A DNA stretch of 62,672 bases from a virus. Its lineage: Duplodnaviria; Caudoviricetes. The notes beneath the pieces were generated by a model. It worked only from the letters and a program-made list of their open reading frames with translations, searched no databases and was not told where the DNA came from. Position numbers and translations under genes: made by a program. The stretch covers positions 1-62,672 of the IMG/VR virus record IMGVR_UViG_3300028590_000016; one strand, written 5' to 3'. The stretch's first letter is position 1. The number at the start of each line of letters is the position of its first letter. Shown piece after piece: positions 29,112 through 38,047 of this stretch.

Positions 29112-29612
29112 TTACGATTCCTTGTTCAGTTCGTTGGCACGGGTTTGGGCGGCGGAACGGGTACTGAAATAGGCATTTTTCCCTACTGCATTCTTATCCG
29201 TCTTCGTCCAGAAATCGCCATCGTCGACCACTACCACAGCGAACCAGCCATCGGCCTCTCGCACAACCCATTGCGGGTTAGAATCAAGCAACAGCCGGCA
29301 CGAAAACACGCGATCACCGCTACGCGAAACCTGCGCGCCGAACTCGTCCATCGGGGCGGCTGCGGCGGGGATGAGGTCTTGGAGTGAACGCGCTTCGGGA
29401 TTGATCAGACTACTGCAAGAAACCTTCGGCTCGGCGATGATCGCGGCCAGCGCCACAAGAACGGCACTTTCACGGTCGAAAGCGACGGCCGCGTCATCGA
29501 TGTATGAGGCGTCGCACGTCCCCAACTGGCACGATATCGAGTTGACACCGGCATCAAATGCCGCTTGCGTCAGCGTGCGAGCCTGCTGTTCGGTGAACTG
29601 GTAGGTGTTCAT
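29112..29612 (-). CDS. Hypothetical protein
   Basis: Coupled ORF. Confidence 0.6.
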   Translation of the reverse strand: MNTYQFTEQQARTLTQAAFDAGVNSISCQLGTCDASYIDDAAVAFDRESAVLVALAAIIAEPKVSCSSLINPEARSLQDLIPAAAAPMDEFGAQVSRSGDRVFSCRLLLDSNPQWVVREADGWFAVVVVDDGDFWTKTDKNAVGKNAYFSTRSAAQTRANELNKES

Positions 29613-29815
29613 TCCTTGCTCCCATTGTGCGCAGTATGCTGGTGAACCGTCTGCCGCCAGCGCGGGTGGTCAGCGGAGTTGCAGCCGAGCCGCACTGCCT
29701 CGTCGGTCAACGCGTTCCGGAGCCGCAGCAACCCGCAGCGCGTGCAGCAGAGCCAGCTACAGATTCTCCAGCCCGTGAAGGAATGCTGTTCCAGCTTGTA
29801 GGCTGGCGATGTCAT
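29609..29815 (-). CDS. Hypothetical protein
   Basis: C..CGL..LRN.LT..A..LGC. Confidence 0.6.
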   Translation of the reverse strand: MTSPAYKLEQHSFTGWRICSWLCCTRCGLLRLRNALTDEAVRLGCNSADHPRWRQTVHQHTAHNGSKE

Positions 29816-30147
29816 TGTGTTGGCAGTCCGATTTCGTCGACGACCAGGAAGTCTGGGTTGTTCCCCAATAGCTTGGGTTTAGGCAAAAGCTTCGCCAGCG
29901 CTTCATCCATGCGGGCCAAATCAATGCCGGTCTGCGGTGGACGCCCGAGCATCCTGCATATCGTTGTGTTCCACGCACGAGTGGCCGCGCTCACGGATTG
30001 TGCAGCTTCGATAAGATCGGCAAGCGCAGCAGCATGGGATGTAAGGAAAATGTCCGCAGCCTCTAGCCGCAGTTCCATGTCAAGACGGCTGATGTCAGCA
30101 TTCTCGTGCTTGACCCGGTGCTTGAGTTGCCAAAGAGCGTCTTTCAC
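29812..30147 (-). CDS. Hypothetical protein
   Basis: Coupled ORF. Confidence 0.6.
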   Translation of the reverse strand: MKDALWQLKHRVKHENADISRLDMELRLEAADIFLTSHAAALADLIEAAQSVSAATRAWNTTICRMLGRPPQTGIDLARMDEALAKLLPKPKLLGNNPDFLVVDEIGLPTQ

Positions 30148-30974
30148 GGCTGCTGCCCCTTAGCCTTGTCCGCCGCCTCAGCGCGCGCCTTGATCTTGCG
30201 GAACTCGCCGCCGATGCTAGCGCGCTGTTGAGCGCTCATGGCTTTCCATGCCACAGAAAGCGCCTCCCACCCCTGATCGGCGAGGCTGTAGAGGTCCGTG
30301 ACCATGCGCGAAGCGGCCTGGTTTTCTTCGTCGCTGCGCTGCGGCTCCGCGTTGCGCTCGCGGCCTTTTTCCTGGCGCGGACGCCCAGCGCTGGCGCCGT
30401 CATCGTCCATGCCCTTCGCGGCCAGACCGACAGCGGCCAACAAAGTATATCTCTCTAAATAGCTCAGTGTAGACCCAACCGCTTGAATCGCATTCTTGCT
30501 GCCAGACGTATCAGGGCCGGCGGTCAGTGTAGTTTCCTCGCTATGGCCCTGCGCATGCCGGACAACGCAGGTAACCGTGATGCCCTTTTCAGTCTGAGTC
30601 GGGCGCCAGTTGTGGCTAAGCTGATGCTTCGCCATGGCTGGAATAACGGCGTCGGTCACGTCCGAAAGCTCGGCGTGCGAATAAGAGGTAGGATCAGCGC
30701 CGCGAGTCGGATAACTGACTCGCTTGCTCTTGATGATCTGGATCGCTTCAGTCTTGAACGCAGCCATCGCAGCCGTGAACGCGTTCAAAGCCTGCTTGGC
30801 TTCGTAGCGGTCCACCAAGTCCATGAACTTTGACAGCTCGTCCATGCTGGCGCCGCGCGCGGCAGCCACAGCTAGAAGCTCAAATGGCGTCTTCGCCAAT
30901 GGCTGCGCTGCCGTATTCGAAACGGTGACCGCCGTTCCTGTAGGTTCGATGGTACCTTCAATCGTGTCGTTCAT
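30144..30974 (-). CDS. erf: ERF-family ssDNA annealing protein
   Basis: Y.HA.L, VTC...H..GHSE, QAVGSTLSYLERYTL, DDDG. Confidence 0.9.
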   Translation of the reverse strand: MNDTIEGTIEPTGTAVTVSNTAAQPLAKTPFELLAVAAARGASMDELSKFMDLVDRYEAKQALNAFTAAMAAFKTEAIQIIKSKRVSYPTRGADPTSYSHAELSDVTDAVIPAMAKHQLSHNWRPTQTEKGITVTCVVRHAQGHSEETTLTAGPDTSGSKNAIQAVGSTLSYLERYTLLAAVGLAAKGMDDDGASAGRPRQEKGRERNAEPQRSDEENQAASRMVTDLYSLADQGWEALSVAWKAMSAQQRASIGGEFRKIKARAEAADKAKGQQP

Positions 30975-30980
30975 GACATC

Positions 30981-32198
30981 CTATTCCGTTTCGCGGCGCA
31001 GCGTAGCGCCGAGCTTGAGAGTGACGATGTGGTCGGCGTAGCCGAGTTCGATCAGGAGGGTTTCGGCTTCCGACGCGGCTTCGACAAGCGTTGCTTCGCG
31101 AATCGCGCGTTCCCGTTCCGCTGCTGCAGCTTCCGCTTCGGCCTTCTCACGTGCTGCGACAGCTTCGCGTTCGGCCGCTTCTCGCGCCTCCCGCTCCGCA
31201 CGTTCTGCCGCTTCCTTAGCCTCTCTTTCGGCGCGTGCTCGTTCCTCTTGCTCGCGGGTCTGCTGCGCCAAGGCTTCCTGCTGTTCACGCAACTGGCGCT
31301 GTTTCTCAGCCATTTCCGCTTGCTGGCGGGCTTGCTCGGCCTTGAATGCCGCTTCCTGCGCCGCACGCGCGGCTACGGCGATTCGATCCGCTTCGGCCTG
31401 GGCTGCGGCCCTCTCGGCATCTTCGTGCTCCTGGCGGGCGCGGCGCTCGGCTTCCTCGGCATCTGCGGTGGCCTTGGCCTCCGCTGCCAGACGCGCCCGT
31501 TCCTCTGCCGCGATCCTGTCGGCTTCCGCGCGGGCTTCCGCAGCGATGCGGTCGCGCTCCGCTTGCTCCGCTGCCAAGCGTTCAAGTTCTGCCCGTTGCT
31601 CAGCTAGTCGCACGGCTTCAAGTTCCGATGCCACAGCGGCATCGTGCATCTGTTGCAGGCGTTCCAGCGCATCCGCAAGCGCCTTGTCGGCAACGATCCT
31701 CGCCGGACCTTCGATGTCCGAAAAGTCCACGCCCTTGGCGTCGTGAATCTTGCCCGCGATAGCCTCAGAGGTTGCCCCCAGCATCGACACCGGCAGGTTC
31801 CTAACCGCATCGATCCGCGCCACAATCGCAGCGGCGCGGTCAACCTCGGACTTTTCCTTCGCGGCCTTCTCTGCGGCAATGGCGTCATCCCACCTGTCCT
31901 GCACTGCCTGCAGTCGAGATTCCTCAGGCTCGATCAAGCCGATAAGCCGCGCTTCCTCCGCTATCACGGCCTTGGCAAACGCTGCCGCATCCTCGCGTGC
32001 CGACTTCCCGGCCTTGGCGATCAGGACTCGCGTGTTCTTCAGCTTTATCCGCGCCGCGTGACATTCCTTGCGGCCATCTGCGTTCGTAATCTCTACGATC
32101 GCCGCAGAGTCCTTGACCATTTCGGTAAGCAGTTCCGCTCGCATCGTGGATGCAAGAGCCGTTCTGGCACGGTCGATCGGTTGCAGTTCGGTGCTCAT
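30981..32198 (-). CDS. Coiled-coil protein upstream of ERF
   Basis: Ala/Glu/Arg-rich; VI.E..R....IEP.E..L. Confidence 0.75.
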   Translation of the reverse strand: MSTELQPIDRARTALASTMRAELLTEMVKDSAAIVEITNADGRKECHAARIKLKNTRVLIAKAGKSAREDAAAFAKAVIAEEARLIGLIEPEESRLQAVQDRWDDAIAAEKAAKEKSEVDRAAAIVARIDAVRNLPVSMLGATSEAIAGKIHDAKGVDFSDIEGPARIVADKALADALERLQQMHDAAVASELEAVRLAEQRAELERLAAEQAERDRIAAEARAEADRIAAEERARLAAEAKATADAEEAERRARQEHEDAERAAAQAEADRIAVAARAAQEAAFKAEQARQQAEMAEKQRQLREQQEALAQQTREQEERARAEREAKEAAERAEREAREAAEREAVAAREKAEAEAAAAERERAIREATLVEAASEAETLLIELGYADHIVTLKLGATLRRETE

Positions 32199-32455
32199 GC
32201 TTGAAGTCCTTCAGGCCAAGGCGTTTTTATACCCTCAACCCATTCGTTTCGTTCATCGTTCCATGTCAGAAAATAGAACCCTTCCATGTCGCTACAGCGG
32301 ATCACTCTGCATCCTTGTGGCCGGCCTAGGTAGATAGCGGGCAGCGCCGCATCCTTTTCGCCCCCAGAGGCTTGTCCCGTAACGCTTTCCAGCCCCACCA
32401 TGTCAGCGTAAAATTTGCATGTGAATCGGCCCAACGATGGAGTCTCGGTGCTCAT
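32195..32455 (-). CDS. Hypothetical protein
   Basis: Coupled ORF. Confidence 0.55.
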   Translation of the reverse strand: MSTETPSLGRFTCKFYADMVGLESVTGQASGGEKDAALPAIYLGRPQGCRVIRCSDMEGFYFLTWNDERNEWVEGIKTPWPEGLQA

Positions 32456-33087
32456 ACCTTGGCTCCTTCGGCACACTGTGCAGCAAGCGCTTCCGTGGTC
32501 TGAATCCACTCTGCCCGCTCCGCGTCCGTTATGCTGTTGAACCTGGTCACGACTTCATCGCGCTCCGTCGAGGTCACGAACTTCAATCCCTTCTTTGTCG
32601 CCGCACCGCGCCAGTATTCCTCGGTCTTGCAGCCCGGCGCGAAATGCCTGTCGTAGTTGTAGCCGCTATGCATTTCGGCGAACCACTTCTGTTTCTGCCA
32701 CTGCAGGTAGACGCGAAACATCTCCGGCCGATAGATTCCGAGCGAATCGTCAGTCGGGACGAGCGAATAAATCGTCGGCTTCGGCTCACTGAACCAGCCG
32801 GACACGTCGTCTTCGCTGCCCCATTCCATGACCACGGTCCCATTCCGGTCTCCGGACTCGATCACGAATCCATACCATCGCGCCGCGTATCGGATGCGGC
32901 CGCCGTAGATATGGTTGCACGCGTTGATCTGGTGCCGCTGGCAGAACTGGATATCCTCGCGCTTCGTATCGTACGACCAAGCCGCGTCGGCGATCCGCTC
33001 CAGCACTTCGATACCAGCAGAGTTCCCGAACTCCGCGCAGAATGCTGCGAAATCCGGGTTCTCGTCGATCACGTCTTGCTTGCTCAT
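32452..33087 (-). CDS. Hypothetical protein
   Basis: First gene after promoter 33117-33145. Confidence 0.65.
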   Translation of the reverse strand: MSKQDVIDENPDFAAFCAEFGNSAGIEVLERIADAAWSYDTKREDIQFCQRHQINACNHIYGGRIRYAARWYGFVIESGDRNGTVVMEWGSEDDVSGWFSEPKPTIYSLVPTDDSLGIYRPEMFRVYLQWQKQKWFAEMHSGYNYDRHFAPGCKTEEYWRGAATKKGLKFVTSTERDEVVTRFNSITDAERAEWIQTTEALAAQCAEGAKV

Positions 33088-33116
33088 GTCGCTCGCTCAT
33101 CTGAACCCATGCAAGG

Positions 33117-33145
33117 ATAGTAGGCTCACCTATTCTTTCAGTCAA
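33117..33145 (-). promoter_or_regulatory. Sigma70-like promoter with TAGG-N4-CCTA operator
   Basis: TTGACT-17-TACTAT; operator 33121-33132. Confidence 0.8.
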
Positions 33146-33156
33146 CAGGAATTTCG

Positions 33157-33387
33157 CTACTTCTCGGCGAAGTCGATGACGCTTGTCGGGATGTTGCGCT
33201 TGCCCTGCGAGCAAATCTGCAACTGCACTTTGACGGTGCGCAGAATTTCTCTCGCCTGCGCAGCGATGGCATCGCCTTGAGCCGGAAGAATGCCGCCCTT
33301 AGGGTCTTCGTTGCCCGTCTTGAGCTTCTGCAGCGTGTCCCAGAGCGCTTCTTTAAGCGCCGTTGCGTTGAGTTCTTTCGTAGTCAC
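33157..33387 (-). CDS. Hypothetical protein
   Basis: GGAGG before GTG; LKEALWDTL. Confidence 0.65.
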   Translation of the reverse strand: MTTKELNATALKEALWDTLQKLKTGNEDPKGGILPAQGDAIAAQAREILRTVKVQLQICSQGKRNIPTSVIDFAEK

Positions 33388-33874
33388 GTTTCCTCCGGTT
33401 GGTCTTGTTCAATGTGCCGTTGATCAGCATGATTTCGTACTTGGTCGCTTGCTTGGCTATCTCGGTGTCGAGCGCGGATAGCGCCAGAAACGCCTCCCAA
33501 AATTCGCCGAACTGTTGCTTGGCTCGGCGCACCTTGTCGTATTCCGACTTGGATTTTTTGTACTCCGGACGCCGGCAGTATGCGACGTGGCGGGGCATCG
33601 TTTTCTTGCGGTCGACCGCAGCTTTCACAGGGTCGTACGTGAGTTTGAACCGAGCGGCCTTTTTCACTTTCAGCATCGCTCGGTTCTTCACTCGGTACTC
33701 CGCATCGTACTGGCGTTTCTCGGCCTTCAACTGCGCTTCGGTCTTGTGCTGCCGCCTTCCGAAGCCCGCACATTCCCTGTCGCAGAACAGACGCGCGCCT
33801 GCAGCCTTGGCACGGTTAACGGCGCCCACTGGCTTCTCGGAAACCGCACCGCAGTAAGCGCACGCGATCTGCAT
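33353..33874 (-). CDS. Basic Zn-finger phage protein
   Basis: CAYCG..FCDREC; KRQYDAEYR. Confidence 0.7.
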   Translation of the reverse strand: MQIACAYCGAVSEKPVGAVNRAKAAGARLFCDRECAGFGRRQHKTEAQLKAEKRQYDAEYRVKNRAMLKVKKAARFKLTYDPVKAAVDRKKTMPRHVAYCRRPEYKKSKSEYDKVRRAKQQFGEFWEAFLALSALDTEIAKQATKYEIMLINGTLNKTNRRKRDYERTQRNGA

Positions 33875-33882
33875 ATCAGGCT

Positions 33883-34308
33883 TCAGTCGTGCTCGTACTC
33901 ATCGACGGTCACGCCTTCGCGGGTGACGATGACCACGACGTGATCACCGAAGGCCGACTCCATCGCGTCCCCCGCAGAGGAGATGATGTCCTGAAGTTCC
34001 TTCAGCGCGTCCCAAGCCTCTTGGGTGAAACCTTCCTTGGCCTCGCCGTAGAACTCTTCCCAGCCCTCGCCGTAGATGTCATCGTCACGCTCATCGGCAG
34101 ACGATGCGTGAACGTCGTTCACCCTGAATTCGCATGGCGCACCATCGTTGAAATATGGCGTGTACTGCGTCCAGCCGAACGCCTTTATGCAGGGGTGCGC
34201 GTCGAGCACCGACAGGAACGCCGGCTTCAATTGTTCCTTGGTGCGCTCGATGAAATCCGCACGCGCTTTCGCGGCTTCGGCCGCTACGTTTTTCAGTTCT
34301 TCCAACAT
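33883..34308 (-). CDS. Conserved phage hypothetical protein
   Basis: WTQYTPYFNDG..CEF, FGDH, EYEHD. Confidence 0.75.
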   Translation of the reverse strand: MLEELKNVAAEAAKARADFIERTKEQLKPAFLSVLDAHPCIKAFGWTQYTPYFNDGAPCEFRVNDVHASSADERDDDIYGEGWEEFYGEAKEGFTQEAWDALKELQDIISSAGDAMESAFGDHVVVIVTREGVTVDEYEHD

Positions 34309-34310
34309 GA

Positions 34311-34667
34311 TCAGTCCTCGTTGTGGAATTGCATTACTTGGCGGCGCTTACGCGTGCCTGACATCCATCCTTCGATGGGCATAGTTCCCAGCCACTTCTC
34401 AAGCGTCGGGATGAACCCGAGGTCTTGCAGGATGTGTTCCTCGGCAACGTCCCTGGTGCTGTAGGTCTTTCCATCGCTGTTCTGGCGCAGCGGGCCGAAT
34501 ACTGTAGCGACGAGGTAGATGCCCCACGAACTGTGCAGCATCGCGCGATGTCTCACATCCGGCACCGCGACTTTCGAGGAATCGATGAACTCGTGGATGT
34601 CCATATAGTCCTCGATCCGTCCGCCGAACTTTCGCGCGCTGAGCTTGGCATGCAGATGCGGTTTCAT
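34311..34667 (-). CDS. DUF6915-like His-rich protein
   Basis: HA..SARKFGG..EDY..IH..IDSSK, RHRA.LH, AEEHI..DLG.IP. Confidence 0.75.
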   Translation of the reverse strand: MKPHLHAKLSARKFGGRIEDYMDIHEFIDSSKVAVPDVRHRAMLHSSWGIYLVATVFGPLRQNSDGKTYSTRDVAEEHILQDLGFIPTLEKWLGTMPIEGWMSGTRKRRQVMQFHNED

Positions 34668-35083
34668 CCTGGCTTGAACCGGTGATCGCAGTTCGGGCAC
34701 TGCACGATGCCGACGACGACCATCTTTTCGCGGCTAGCGACCCCCTCGTCGTTGATCACGAGTTGCCAGACATCGCCAGCTTCTTCGCCCGTTGCCATCA
34801 GTGCACCGCTCAACCGGAACTCCGGATTGACCTTGCGCAACAGAATCGTGACGAGGTTGACGATGCGCTCAAGTTCATATGTCTTTTCGGAGCCATCCCA
34901 TTTCAGCCCGGAATAGTCCTTGGTAAGCTCAAGGTCAACGTGGTACAGATAGCGCGCAGCCGGTCCCCATTCCGGATGATCGCGGCAGTCCTCGCCGAGA
35001 ATCCCGGCTAAGGCTTGTAGCTCCGAAACCGTCACCGCATGCGCGAACTTCAACTCACCTTCAAACTCTGTGGAGTAGCCCAC
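34664..35083 (-). CDS. Conserved phage hypothetical protein
   Basis: GYSTEFEG, WDGSEKTY, GEE.GD.W, CPNC. Confidence 0.7.
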   Translation of the reverse strand: MGYSTEFEGELKFAHAVTVSELQALAGILGEDCRDHPEWGPAARYLYHVDLELTKDYSGLKWDGSEKTYELERIVNLVTILLRKVNPEFRLSGALMATGEEAGDVWQLVINDEGVASREKMVVVGIVQCPNCDHRFKPG

Positions 35084-35119
35084 GTCGAATCTCCTGCGCG
35101 CCATCGCACGCGTTTGGGT

Positions 35120-35222
35120 AAGCGTTCAAGTCAGCGCCCTACGGGCTAGCACGCCTTGGCGTCGTCGATGTTAGTTCCGCGAGGACATGCCAGTTTACCG
35201 GCGGGCGCTGAGGTCAACGCTT
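35120..35222 (-). ncRNA. Candidate multibranch structured RNA
   Basis: AAGCGTT/AACGCTT and TCAGCGCCC/GGGCGCTGA enclose three inner stems. Confidence 0.5.
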
Positions 35223-35224
35223 GA

Positions 35225-36139
35225 TCATCGATCTTCCGGGCGTGGCAGCCCGAACCATTCGTCGAGCTTGTTCAAGAGGCGTTCGACCTCCAAGGTCATC
35301 AGCGCCATGCGGGCGTCGAGTTTTGCGGAAGCCGAGTCGGTTTCGGAATTGCCGAGTTCGTCGAGCACGACATCCAAGAAGCGTAGCTTGCGGACGGCAA
35401 GGTCTTCACCCAGAACGAAGCTGATGCGATCATCGAAGGTGAGGCCGAGCTTGAAGACTTGTTTTCCGGTCTTCAGGTGTTCGCGCACTTCGTCGGTTTC
35501 GAGGTCTTGGCGCCGGCAGCGGACGATGCCGCCACCTTCGGCTGGATCGCGAAGTTCGACTTCTTCGCCGAGTGCGAGGCCAGCAGGCAGCTTGCCGTGC
35601 ATCGCCCAATCGGTCAGCAGAGTGCGCGGGGATTCCTCGGGACACGCCGGTTCCACAGGGAACGTCCCCACGGCGTCACGCAGTTCAGAGATGATCTTCT
35701 CGGCCCCAGCAGCAGTCGCGGTATCGCAGACCAGCCAGCCGCCGCGCAGATCGAGATACGCGAACGTTCGCTTGTAGTCGACGAAGGCGCGCGGCAACAG
35801 TTCGGTAAGCACGTCTTCCTTGATCTGCTTGCGTTCCTTCGCGCCAACCTGACGGTCTTCGGTCTCGGCGATCTTGCGCAGCCGTTCCGCCAGTGCTTCC
35901 TTCAACACGCCAGACGGGAGAATCTTGCGTTCCTCGCCGATAGCGACAAGCAAGAAGTTGCCGACGCGGTGCGTCAACGCTTCTTCATGCCGCCCATGCG
36001 GCGACACGAAGCCTGTGGTCGAAAGATCCAGCGGTCCGCATGGGCGAAGCCGTTTCTCGGCCAGATGCGTTTCGAGTTCGGCCAAGCTCTCGGCGACTGC
36101 CTCGCTGAATCGCACGAACGTCAAACTGCGGAAGAACAT
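35225..36139 (-). CDS. rdgC: Recombination-associated protein RdgC
   Basis: MFFRSLT..RF, EERKILP, LLPRAF, HL..GKQV.KLGL, SFVL..DL..RKL.F. Confidence 0.95.
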   Translation of the reverse strand: MFFRSLTFVRFSEAVAESLAELETHLAEKRLRPCGPLDLSTTGFVSPHGRHEEALTHRVGNFLLVAIGEERKILPSGVLKEALAERLRKIAETEDRQVGAKERKQIKEDVLTELLPRAFVDYKRTFAYLDLRGGWLVCDTATAAGAEKIISELRDAVGTFPVEPACPEESPRTLLTDWAMHGKLPAGLALGEEVELRDPAEGGGIVRCRRQDLETDEVREHLKTGKQVFKLGLTFDDRISFVLGEDLAVRKLRFLDVVLDELGNSETDSASAKLDARMALMTLEVERLLNKLDEWFGLPRPEDR

Positions 36140-36396
36140 TTTGCTTCCTCTCGTAATCGGTCGATGGCGTGCTGTGGGACGTGGTAACCGAGCGCACGTA
36201 GTGCCTCAAGGCCATTGGCACATTCGCCAGCAGTTTTGTAGACTCGGCTCTCGCCATCATGCGGCAGCCCTATCGGCGTGCGTTCGGCACCATTGATGCG
36301 GACTTCCGCGATAACGACCATAAAGGTGTCATCAACGGTTTCGCAACAATAGATATCCGACTTCCAATCGTCGCTGCTGAAACGGCAGTACGACAT
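36121..36396 (-). CDS. Conserved phage hypothetical protein
   Basis: MSYCRFS..D..SD.Y; LRALGYHVP..AIDRL. Confidence 0.7.
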   Translation of the reverse strand: MSYCRFSSDDWKSDIYCCETVDDTFMVVIAEVRINGAERTPIGLPHDGESRVYKTAGECANGLEALRALGYHVPQHAIDRLREEAKCSSAV

Positions 36397-36428
36397 AGCG
36401 ATTCCCTCGTTGCTTGAGTGACTTGAGG

Positions 36429-36637
36429 TCTGGACAGTCGGGCCGGACGCTACTCCGGCTTTGAGACCCATACCGCAGCGACCGATGTCGCGCCACTGCA
36501 TATTGGTTATTACGGCCTGCTACCGCAGACGGCCTTTCAGCCCTGTTGGCATATGCCAGTACTTAGGCAGTACCGATCGGTCTCTACAACCACTTGATTT
36601 CGAAATAGCGGGGGCTTCCCGCCGCCGACTGCCCAGA
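36429..36637 (-). ncRNA. Candidate tRNA-like cloverleaf ncRNA (about 210 nt)
   Basis: 13-bp closing stem (G-U on minus strand), D-like and T-like hairpins, expanded central domain. Confidence 0.6.
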
Positions 36638-36644
36638 ATTCACT

Positions 36645-36983
36645 TCACTCGGTGTTTCGGTTAGAGGCGCGGCCCACGTTGACTTGGGCCATGGTGAACT
36701 GTCCCATGATGTCGCTAACTTGGGCGCTGCCTTTGTTCGTCCTCAGCATGAACGCGATCACGTCAGCGAGCTTATGCGGGTTCTCGAAATCGTCGGCGTC
36801 GAGAAAGAACGCGTAGAACTTGCCTTCGACGTTGACCTGCGCGGTAAGGCGGTCTTCCCATCCGATTACTTCGTCACCATATTGGCTCCGAAGAATCGCA
36901 TGGTGGCAACCGGCCGGAGGCGGCACAATCTGTTCCAGTTCGGTCAGGAAATCCAGCAGAAATTCCAAGATTGCTGTGCTCAC
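36645..36983 (-). CDS. Hypothetical protein
   Basis: GAGG before GTG. Confidence 0.6.
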   Translation of the reverse strand: MSTAILEFLLDFLTELEQIVPPPAGCHHAILRSQYGDEVIGWEDRLTAQVNVEGKFYAFFLDADDFENPHKLADVIAFMLRTNKGSAQVSDIMGQFTMAQVNVGRASNRNTE

Positions 36984-36993
36984 GTTGCGACCC

Positions 36994-37245
36994 TCATTCA
37001 GCGCCGGATTCAAACCGGGCTTTGTTGCGGCGGACCCACCTCAACTGGCTCAACGGGCCATATGCCCCCGCCAAGGCACAAACAGCGCTGGCTACTGTCG
37101 CCCAACCAAAACGCCAAGGGGCAAACAGAACAACCCAAGTGTCTATCAGCAGAGTAACCAAGCACAAGAAAACCAGGAACCGGAAGAAAGGCACCATCTC
37201 ATTCTTGGCGATCCACTGCATTCTCTGGTAATAGAAATCCGACAT
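36994..37245 (-). CDS. Membrane protein (2 predicted TM helices)
   Basis: Two hydrophobic stretches. Confidence 0.6.
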   Translation of the reverse strand: MSDFYYQRMQWIAKNEMVPFFRFLVFLCLVTLLIDTWVVLFAPWRFGWATVASAVCALAGAYGPLSQLRWVRRNKARFESGAE

Positions 37246-37268
37246 TGAAAAATCTCGACGATTTAGTT

Positions 37269-37330
37269 GGCAACGCGCCACACGGGACCGCGCACGGGGG
37301 AGGGGAGGTGCCCTGATGCGGCGCGCCGCC
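37269..37330 (-). other. Hairpin with C-rich loop
   Basis: 14-bp stem with G-U pairs on minus strand; loop CTCCCCTCCCCC. Confidence 0.5.
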
Positions 37331-37339
37331 GTGAACTTG

Positions 37340-37576
37340 TTAGCAGGCCGGACGGTTGAAATGGTCGGTCGCGTTGAGCGCCCACATGCGGGCGCGGTTG
37401 ACGGCCTCATCGATATGGACTCCGGCGCGAACGCTGCGAGCCGCACGGGCCTGAGCTTGCGCGATCTTGGCGCCATCGGCTTTCCCCTTGAGCACGTTGA
37501 GAACGCGCTTGTAGGCGAGCTGAGAAGGCGTCGGCTTCGGGCCGAAGAAACGTTTCAGTGCTGCGGTAATGCTCAT
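37340..37576 (-). CDS. Hypothetical protein
   Basis: AGGAGG before ATG. Confidence 0.6.
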   Translation of the reverse strand: MSITAALKRFFGPKPTPSQLAYKRVLNVLKGKADGAKIAQAQARAARSVRAGVHIDEAVNRARMWALNATDHFNRPAC

Positions 37577-37710
37577 GACGCCTCCTATTTGATCCTGGTG
37601 AGTGGGCGGAACGGCAGTTTTGAACTCTTGCGGAACAGCTTTCGGAACCAGCGCAACATACCTTGTCTCCATGCTGGGGCCGCGCACACGGCCCCAGACT
37701 TGTCCCTATG

Positions 37711-38013
37711 TCACCGACGCTCACCGATCCCCGGAACCGGCGCTTTCGGGCCGCTCTCGGCGGCATTTCGCTTCGACTTCGACGGACTCAACGTCAAGGC
37801 GCCAGGGGAAGCGCGCTGCGGAGCATCGAAGCCGTTCGCGAACATTCGATCCGTCACGACCGTGACCGTCAGGCCCGGCGTGATGTTGAGCACGACAACC
37901 GTGCTTTCGTAGCGGTCGGCGCCGTTGACGATGACAAGCTTTGCCGTCTGGGAGGTAGCGGCAGAACTTGCCAGACACAGGAACATGGCGGAGATAGCGG
38001 CGGCGAATTTCAT
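37711..38013 (-). CDS. Secreted protein with DRMFANGFD motif
   Basis: Signal peptide MKFAAAISAMFLCLASSAA; GAGGG before ATG. Confidence 0.6.
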   Translation of the reverse strand: MKFAAAISAMFLCLASSAATSQTAKLVIVNGADRYESTVVVLNITPGLTVTVVTDRMFANGFDAPQRASPGALTLSPSKSKRNAAESGPKAPVPGIGERR

Positions 38014-38047
38014 TGTTCCCTCTCTAGTTGACCGTTCCTGCAAGCTC

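Noticed and set aside
30981-32198. TolA or second tape measure protein
   Set aside because: Low-complexity coiled coil only; no TM anchor and located in the recombination module
36429-36637. tmRNA or selenocysteine tRNA
   Set aside because: No alanine-type acceptor end, tag ORF, TTC T loop or UCA anticodon arm
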